DNA of 64,000 nucleotides from Waddliaceae bacterium (GTDB lineage Bacteria; Chlamydiota; Chlamydiia; Chlamydiales; SLOH01): NCBI GenBank assembly GCA_040880105.1, contig JBBDJA010000001.1, positions 130,390 to 194,389 of the forward strand, read 5' to 3'. Shown piece by piece: positions 58,068 to 64,000 of this stretch (position 1 is its first letter; each line of letters starts with the position of its first letter). The notes under the pieces were generated by a model. It saw only the letters and a program-made list of their open reading frames with translations, ran no database searches and was not told where the DNA came from. The position numbers and the translations under genes were made by a program.

Positions 58068-59384
58068 ATGATCAACCTAACTAAAATTGAAGACTTCGCG
58101 TGGGATTTTACCGGTGTACCTCTCCTTTTAATACTTGGCATATATATAACGTGGAAATCCCGTTTTTTCCAAATTCGAAAAATGGGTACAATCTTAAAAA
58201 TCTTCATCGAATTTTTCGGTCCAAGTAAAGGAGAGCGTAAAGGTATCCACCCGATCAAGCTCTTTTTAGCAAGTGTCGGTGGCTGTGTCGGGATTGGAAA
58301 CATCGTGGGAATTTGTACAGCTGTACAACTTGGAGGTCCCGGAGCCCTATTGTGGATTTGGGTGACGGCAATTTTTGGGATGATTTTGAAGTATGCAGAA
58401 GTGTACTTGGGTGTCAAGTATAGAATTTCCGATCAAAGCGGGGGGTATACCGGTGGGCCGATGATTTTTATAAAAAAAATCACATCGAAAGCTTGGGTGC
58501 CGTTTCTGATCAGCTTTCTCCTCTGCATCTACGGAATCGAGATCTATCAATTTCGAGTAATCATTGATAATATTACTGAAAATTGGCATGGAGCCAACCA
58601 CTTTCTTGTGACCATTGTCTTGCTGTTTTCCATTCTCTATGCTGTAAACGGGGGAATCAAGCGGGTGGCAAACATCGCCTCTGCAATCGTTCCACTGTTT
58701 GTATTTCTCTTTTTAGGAATGGGTCTATGGATCCTTGTTGCCAATATTTATTCCATTCCCTCCATTTTAAAAATGGTTTTCACTGAAGCATTTACTGGTT
58801 CTGCTGCCTTGGGAGGATTTGCCGGTAGTACTTTGATTATGACAATTTCCCATGGAATCAGGCGCGCGTCATATTCAGGTGATATCGGAATCGGTTATGC
58901 ATCGGTCATTCACAGCGAAACAAGCTGCCACACCCCGCAAAAGCAAGCGACACTTGCGATTGTCGGCATCGTTTTAGATACCTTTATCATCTGCACAATG
59001 AGCGTACTATTAATCTTAATTTCCGGCGCTTGGCATGAGAACATTCCAGCAAGCATCATGGTACAGCGATCTCTTGAAAGCACATTTCCCTTCATGTGGT
59101 TTTTCATGCCCTTTTTTATGCTCCTTCTTGGCTATTCAACAATAAACGCCTACTTTATCGTCGGAATCAAATGCGCCCAGCAGATCTCACCTGAATATGG
59201 TAGGGGGCTCTATTTCTCATATGCAATTTTCGCCTTTCTTGCGGCAGCATACCTGAACACTGAAGAGGCTCAAGCCATCATGGCAATCGCTCAAGTGATG
59301 CTAGTTGTTATTAACGGATATGCGATTTATAAACTTAGAAACCACATTTCATATGATTTAGAAGAGACGCCCACTTCGTCTTAG
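58068..59384 (+). CDS. Alanine/glycine:cation symporter (AGCS family), paralog 3
   Basis: LLWIWVTAIFGMILKYAEVYLGVKYR. ATG 58068 aligns with the N-termini of the other two paralogs. The track ORF starts at TTG 58047. Confidence 0.8.
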   Translation: MINLTKIEDFAWDFTGVPLLLILGIYITWKSRFFQIRKMGTILKIFIEFFGPSKGERKGIHPIKLFLASVGGCVGIGNIVGICTAVQLGGPGALLWIWVTAIFGMILKYAEVYLGVKYRISDQSGGYTGGPMIFIKKITSKAWVPFLISFLLCIYGIEIYQFRVIIDNITENWHGANHFLVTIVLLFSILYAVNGGIKRVANIASAIVPLFVFLFLGMGLWILVANIYSIPSILKMVFTEAFTGSAALGGFAGSTLIMTISHGIRRASYSGDIGIGYASVIHSETSCHTPQKQATLAIVGIVLDTFIICTMSVLLILISGAWHENIPASIMVQRSLESTFPFMWFFMPFFMLLLGYSTINAYFIVGIKCAQQISPEYGRGLYFSYAIFAFLAAAYLNTEEAQAIMAIAQVMLVVINGYAIYKLRNHISYDLEETPTSS

Positions 59385-60306
59385 GAATCTCAGCCCCTAT
59401 CTCAAGAACGACGGCAGAGCCGAGAAGTGCGCCGATCTTCGCGCACATCTCAAGGGGCATTCCTTTTAAATACCCATGCAAGAAACCAGCGGCAAATAAA
59501 TCACCGGCTCCGGTTGTGTCAATTGCCTCAACAGTGAAGGCTGGGTAATGTTTGACCCCATTCGGATCTCCGACAAGACAACCATCCGCGCCTTGCATGA
59601 CGATTGCGACTTGGACAAGACTTCGCAAAAAGTCACATGCAGAGTGATTAGACGTCTGTTTAATCTCTCTTGCCTCATCTTCGTTAGCAAACACGATATC
59701 AACATATGTTTGGAGAAGAAAATGAATCTCTTTATGAAATTGCTTTACAACCTCAAAGCTTCCAAGATCAAACGAAAGAAGTGATCCTTGTTGCTTTGCT
59801 AGTTTCATTACTCTTTCTGTCAGTTTAGGATCACTATATAAGGTGTAGGCTTCAATGTGAACGAGCCTAGCTCCGGCAAGATAACGGACATCAAAATCTT
59901 CAGCAGTGAAAGTTTGGCTAGCCCCCATAAACGTCCGCAGTGTCCGTTTTCCGTGTCCGGAAATTAAACTTAGCGATGTTCCTGTTGGTATTGAAGATGA
60001 AATTAAGCGTTTGTTTACCCCAAGCTGATCGAGGTGTTCTTCAAGGAGTTCCCCGCGCGGATCATTTCCAATTTTTCCGACTAAAGAGACATCCCATCCT
60101 AAAGAGGCAAGGCTTTTGATCACATTTGCTGCACTACCCCCAGCCATTGTAGAGGGCACCGAGCCACTTTTTTCGATAATTGAAATTATAGCCTTCTCAT
60201 CTACAAGTTCCATTCCATACTTTTCACCGGGAATTGTTTCGAGATAGGCATCTGAGATGTGGAGTAAATAATCAAGAAGTGCAGCTCCAACACCGACAAG
60301 CTCCAT
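59335..60306 (-). CDS. PfkB-family carbohydrate/nucleoside kinase
   Basis: GGSAANV N-terminal motif and DTTGAGDLFAAGFLHG C-terminal signature. Confidence 0.8.
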   Translation of the reverse strand: MELVGVGAALLDYLLHISDAYLETIPGEKYGMELVDEKAIISIIEKSGSVPSTMAGGSAANVIKSLASLGWDVSLVGKIGNDPRGELLEEHLDQLGVNKRLISSSIPTGTSLSLISGHGKRTLRTFMGASQTFTAEDFDVRYLAGARLVHIEAYTLYSDPKLTERVMKLAKQQGSLLSFDLGSFEVVKQFHKEIHFLLQTYVDIVFANEDEAREIKQTSNHSACDFLRSLVQVAIVMQGADGCLVGDPNGVKHYPAFTVEAIDTTGAGDLFAAGFLHGYLKGMPLEMCAKIGALLGSAVVLEIGAEIPKTKWASLLNHMKCGF

Positions 60307-60310
60307 TACT

Positions 60311-60910
60311 TCACTCCTTAACGATAGGTCTTAACGCGCGAGAAATATAACTTCTATTTGCCATCAGGTATTCAATACCGGAAGCTAACGTATAAATAGC
60401 GGCAACACCCACAACCCATCCCGATGTCACCTGAAGTGTTTTGGTTGTAATCATGCCAAGCGAATGAGGGATCAGAAGGATTGTAACTATTATGGCAGCT
60501 GTCGCTTGAATCACAGCTTTGATTTTTCCGCTTTTTCTGGCCGCGAGAACAAAGCCTTTCATTGCGCAGATTGTTCTTAAAGTGCTAATAACAGAATCTC
60601 GGTAAATAAAGGCAAAGATTAAGAGCATCGGGAGTTGAACCGGCTTTAGGGTAAAGGTCAAAAAAATTGAAATCCGATAGATACTGTCAGCCATCGGATC
60701 GAGCACTTTACCAAGGTCTGTGACTTGTTCGAGCTTTCTTGCTAAATATCCGTCAACAGCATCGGATGTCTCTGATATAATAAGCAGTGTTAGAAGGATA
60801 TAGGGAAGCGTTTGGCTTGAAATTCCAATTGTTTCATGTTCTAAATAGATCAAAAGAAATATCGGGCTGATAAAGATCCGAAAGATTGTAAAATAATTGG
60901 CAATATTCAT
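60311..60910 (-). CDS. CDP-alcohol phosphatidyltransferase (PgsA-like)
   Basis: DAVDGYLARKLEQVTDLGKVLDPMADS matches D-G-x2-A-R-x8-G-x3-D-x3-D. Start at the internal ATG (MNIANYF...). Confidence 0.8.
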   Translation of the reverse strand: MNIANYFTIFRIFISPIFLLIYLEHETIGISSQTLPYILLTLLIISETSDAVDGYLARKLEQVTDLGKVLDPMADSIYRISIFLTFTLKPVQLPMLLIFAFIYRDSVISTLRTICAMKGFVLAARKSGKIKAVIQATAAIIVTILLIPHSLGMITTKTLQVTSGWVVGVAAIYTLASGIEYLMANRSYISRALRPIVKE

Positions 60911-60955
60911 GTCAGATACTATACACAGAATGTGACGCAATGCCAAGCAACTTTT

Positions 60956-62854
60956 TTATGCAAAATACCCACCGGGCGAAATAATTCCTTCATTCTCAAG
61001 CTCGGCTCTAAGATCTATTGACTCTTGACTCATAGATCCATCTTCGTATTCACTCTCTTTCTGAAAGTGCGCTAATGCTAACTTTGCTTGCTCAAAAGGT
61101 TCTAATGCCTTTTTACCTCTATTCATCGTATGTTGCGGACCTATTTGAAACATCGCAAAACTAAGTTTTTGCCCGATCGTCATATACTCTTTCATCTTAG
61201 TTAATTGCCCGATAATCCGATCTCTTGGTGTTTCCCCATTTTTCTCTCCTACGTAATCCTCAAGTCGTTTAAATTGATTGCACGTTTCGTTTAGTACTTT
61301 AGCAGAGTTTTTTAGCTTATTCTTAATTTCGTCTCTCTTCTTTCCATTCTTCAATTTTTTTAATGTTTGTAAGTCTGTATACACACTATCGATAAGTTTC
61401 CGCGTCTTCGATGGACCAGGGAGTCTGGATACTTCTTGAATGATTGATTGCTTCAGTTTTTCAAGTTGGTTCATCTGCCTTGAAATGTATTGACTCGGTT
61501 CAAAACGCCACTTGCTATCAAAATCAATACTTCCTGCTTGCAATTCCCCGTCAGCCATCACTGTCATTTGAACTTCGTCATCATTTGGTTTTACAGAGCT
61601 TCGTTTTAAATCTTCAGGCGTAAAGTCTTTAGATGATTTCTCTTCTATTTTTGACAAATCTTCTAAGTCTATATTATTTTCTGCGGAGACATTTGAGTTA
61701 AACATTTTAATGTTTTCTAATAGAAAGTCTTTATCATTTCTCTTCAAAGACTTAAGAGTCTCTCTCCAGTATTTACCATCTTTCTCATCAATCCATTTTC
61801 TTTGACTTGAGTCATAGCGCTTACCTTTTTCAATAATGTCCCATTTCGATGCTTTATTGACTTTATCAGCAAGTTTATGTACTCGTGAGCCGTAAGTTAG
61901 CGGTAAAAATTTCCCACCAATTTCAACTTCTGTTACATCCGCAGATTTATCAAACTCATTTTTCTTGATGATATGCAAACCTGATGTTGTGGAAATTGCA
62001 TACCGAAAGTTAAGGTTGACAATTGTGTTTTCAGCGAGTTTTTGAATCATACCGGAAACATGCATGGCTCTATGGGACTGATGGTTTGGGCTGATTGCCG
62101 CCTCCATTGTTTTACAATAGTCCATGGCAGCACGAAACGCCTTGTCTCTTACCTGCTTGGAGGTCAAAAGAGTATTAAGTTCCTCTTCAACCGCATCCAA
62201 TTCTCTTAATTGTTTTAATAATTCTTTTTTTGTTTCTGCCTTATTTGGCTCATCACTACTCTTTAATCGCTTTAATTCTTTTTTTATATCAAACCTTACC
62301 TTTGTTCTGGTGTTATGGCTGCGAGCACCTTCGAAACCCGGCGGAAGAGTAATATTTTTCGTTTCGCATTGATCTGTATAAATTTTTTGTGAAAATTTAA
62401 CGGACTCCGAACTATCTTTTAGCACGACATCATATGTGACTTTAAATGCCAAATACGATTTTCCATTTTTCGTGTAGTGCTCAGGAGTGATATTTGAATG
62501 CGGATCATCCGACTGCTTTTCAAAGTCATACCCCATATGCTCTACAACACCTTCAAACATAGATTCTTTAGGATTTACTTTTTGATAGGCTTTAATATAC
62601 TCAGCTGAGCTTGAGAAATCTTCAAAGGTCCTTCCGTTAACTACGGGAAGCTTCCCTCTTTTTCCTAGTTCTTCAACTAATGCCGAGACAACTGTATTAT
62701 TTTCCTTTATAACGATAGGGGTAACATTGTCGTTATCATTCTTTATTTCAGCCTCATTTTTCACTTCTGGCGAAGGATCTACTTGAAATTGGATATCGTC
62801 AGGAGAGTGGGGATCTTGATCTAATGGACCATGAATAGGCATCATATATATCAC
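60956..62854 (-). CDS. Hypothetical highly charged protein (632 aa), effector candidate
   Basis: A long Lys/Glu-rich ORF with no TM or signal peptide. I recognise no motif. Confidence 0.5.
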   Translation of the reverse strand: MIYMMPIHGPLDQDPHSPDDIQFQVDPSPEVKNEAEIKNDNDNVTPIVIKENNTVVSALVEELGKRGKLPVVNGRTFEDFSSSAEYIKAYQKVNPKESMFEGVVEHMGYDFEKQSDDPHSNITPEHYTKNGKSYLAFKVTYDVVLKDSSESVKFSQKIYTDQCETKNITLPPGFEGARSHNTRTKVRFDIKKELKRLKSSDEPNKAETKKELLKQLRELDAVEEELNTLLTSKQVRDKAFRAAMDYCKTMEAAISPNHQSHRAMHVSGMIQKLAENTIVNLNFRYAISTTSGLHIIKKNEFDKSADVTEVEIGGKFLPLTYGSRVHKLADKVNKASKWDIIEKGKRYDSSQRKWIDEKDGKYWRETLKSLKRNDKDFLLENIKMFNSNVSAENNIDLEDLSKIEEKSSKDFTPEDLKRSSVKPNDDEVQMTVMADGELQAGSIDFDSKWRFEPSQYISRQMNQLEKLKQSIIQEVSRLPGPSKTRKLIDSVYTDLQTLKKLKNGKKRDEIKNKLKNSAKVLNETCNQFKRLEDYVGEKNGETPRDRIIGQLTKMKEYMTIGQKLSFAMFQIGPQHTMNRGKKALEPFEQAKLALAHFQKESEYEDGSMSQESIDLRAELENEGIISPGGYFA

Positions 62855-63030
62855 TCTTTTCGTGTTTAACTTAATTATAACAAATTTTAACTTTAATTAT
62901 AATTAATAATCAATTGAGAGTGAATCTTAACAATCTCGAAAAAGGCACTAAATTTAATAAGCTGCGTTAATCAGGGGTTCCTAAAGGAAAAGGGTGGGGA
63001 CTCTTGTGAAATACAAGCTCTAAGCCTATT

Positions 63031-63948
63031 TTATTCGAATAGAGCTTTTACGTAGAGTTCAGGATCAAAGGTATCAAAGTCGTCCCAACTTTCCCCGGTT
63101 GCAATATATTGAATCGGAAGATCTAAGCTCTTTTGCACCTGGATTGCAATTCCACCCTTAGCTGTGCCATCTAATTTAGTCAAAATAAGCCCGGTTAAAG
63201 GGGTATATTCTTGGAAGATTTTTGCTTGGTCGATTGCATTTTGCCCGATCGTTGCGTCCAGAATGAGAAGTGTCTCATGTGGAGCTCCTTCAACCTGTTT
63301 TCCGCTTACTCGTCGAATTTTCTCAAGCTCCTTCATAAGATCGGAGCGGGTTTGCAACCGCCCGGCTGTATCAATAATCACAACGTCTGCTCCTCTAGCA
63401 AGGCCAGCAGATACAGCATCAAACGTCACGCTAGCAGGATCGCTATTTGCAGAACCTCTCACAAGATCAATCTCAAGTTTTTCGAGCCATTTTTCAAGCT
63501 GTTCAGCTGCTGCCGCCCGATACGTATCGGCTGCTGCAACTAGGACTTTTTTCCCTTGCGATTGGTAGAGTTTGGCAAGTTTGACAACAGATGTTGTCTT
63601 TCCCGATCCATTAACGCCAACAATCAGTACAACGTGTGGGGATTGGGTGACTTCAGGTGCTTTTTTTGATGTAAGATATTTGAGTGTTTCATTGCTCAGC
63701 AGCTCAAGGAGGCGATCTCCTTCCAAAGTGGGATCTTTTTTCTTCGCTTTTCGGATCTGTTCAGTAAGAGCAATCGAGGTCTCAACTCCAAGGTCGGCCT
63801 CATATAGAGTTTGTTCAAGCTCCTCAAGCGCCTCTTCATCCATTTCTTTTGAAAAAATAGAACGCAGTTTACTACCTAAAAGGGAGCGCGTTTTGGAAAG
63901 CGCATTTTTGACTTTTTGAAAGCCTGCTTTAATGAAATTGAATGCCAT
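63031..63948 (-). CDS. ftsY: Signal recognition particle receptor FtsY
   Basis: GVNGSGKTTS, DTAGR and TKLDGTAKGG. Confidence 0.95.
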   Translation of the reverse strand: MAFNFIKAGFQKVKNALSKTRSLLGSKLRSIFSKEMDEEALEELEQTLYEADLGVETSIALTEQIRKAKKKDPTLEGDRLLELLSNETLKYLTSKKAPEVTQSPHVVLIVGVNGSGKTTSVVKLAKLYQSQGKKVLVAAADTYRAAAAEQLEKWLEKLEIDLVRGSANSDPASVTFDAVSAGLARGADVVIIDTAGRLQTRSDLMKELEKIRRVSGKQVEGAPHETLLILDATIGQNAIDQAKIFQEYTPLTGLILTKLDGTAKGGIAIQVQKSLDLPIQYIATGESWDDFDTFDPELYVKALFE

Positions 63949-64000
63949 GGTAGATTAAATTTAAATTAGAGTAGGATCTTACCATGAACATTCATGAATT

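Noticed and set aside
63996-64000. ATGAA at the extreme 3' edge as the start of a new plus-strand gene
   Set aside because: Fewer than two codons remain in the window, so this cannot be supported.

Overview
This window reads as a chromosomal segment from a member of the Chlamydiae, most likely an environmental, amoeba-associated lineage rather than Chlamydiaceae. That assignment is inferred from gene content and order only.

Support for the assignment: the block ribF-truB-rbfA-infB-nusA-rpsA (45.7-53.5 kb, minus strand) has the same order I recall for C. trachomatis CT093-CT098. There is also a PPi-dependent phosphofructokinase, a fabH-fabD-fabG-acpP cluster, several amino-acid importers (three AGCS paralogs plus BrnQ), and several small proteins with the bilobed hydrophobic domain typical of inclusion-membrane (Inc) proteins.

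Coding density is high, and many neighbouring genes overlap by 1-4 nt (ATGA or TAATG junctions). I found four tRNAs in two pairs (Val-Asp and Thr-Tyr). I saw no rRNA, CRISPR array, transposase or integrase.

The housekeeping genes can be called with confidence from catalytic motifs. Many of the remaining ORFs are lineage-specific hypotheticals.

Most interesting regions:
1. An accessory block between valS and ribF (38.2-45.7 kb). It holds two tandem paralogs whose C-terminal halves carry a His...Cys signature resembling eukaryotic PPPDE/DeSI permuted-papain peptidases, an Inc-like membrane protein, a TPR/transglutaminase-like protein and a BTB+LRR eukaryote-like protein.
2. A tandem trio of Inc-like genes at 0.3-2.5 kb. 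One has Arg-rich tandem repeats and an RG tail.
3. A translationally coupled PP-loop ATPase / AAA+ (CbbQ-MoxR type) / TraB-like module (7.1-10.4 kb).
4. Two short basic ORFs missing from the ORF track, directly upstream of ybeY.
5. An 87-bp tandem repeat that duplicates the 3' end and terminator of acpP.

All family assignments come from motif recognition by eye. No database search or statistics were run.
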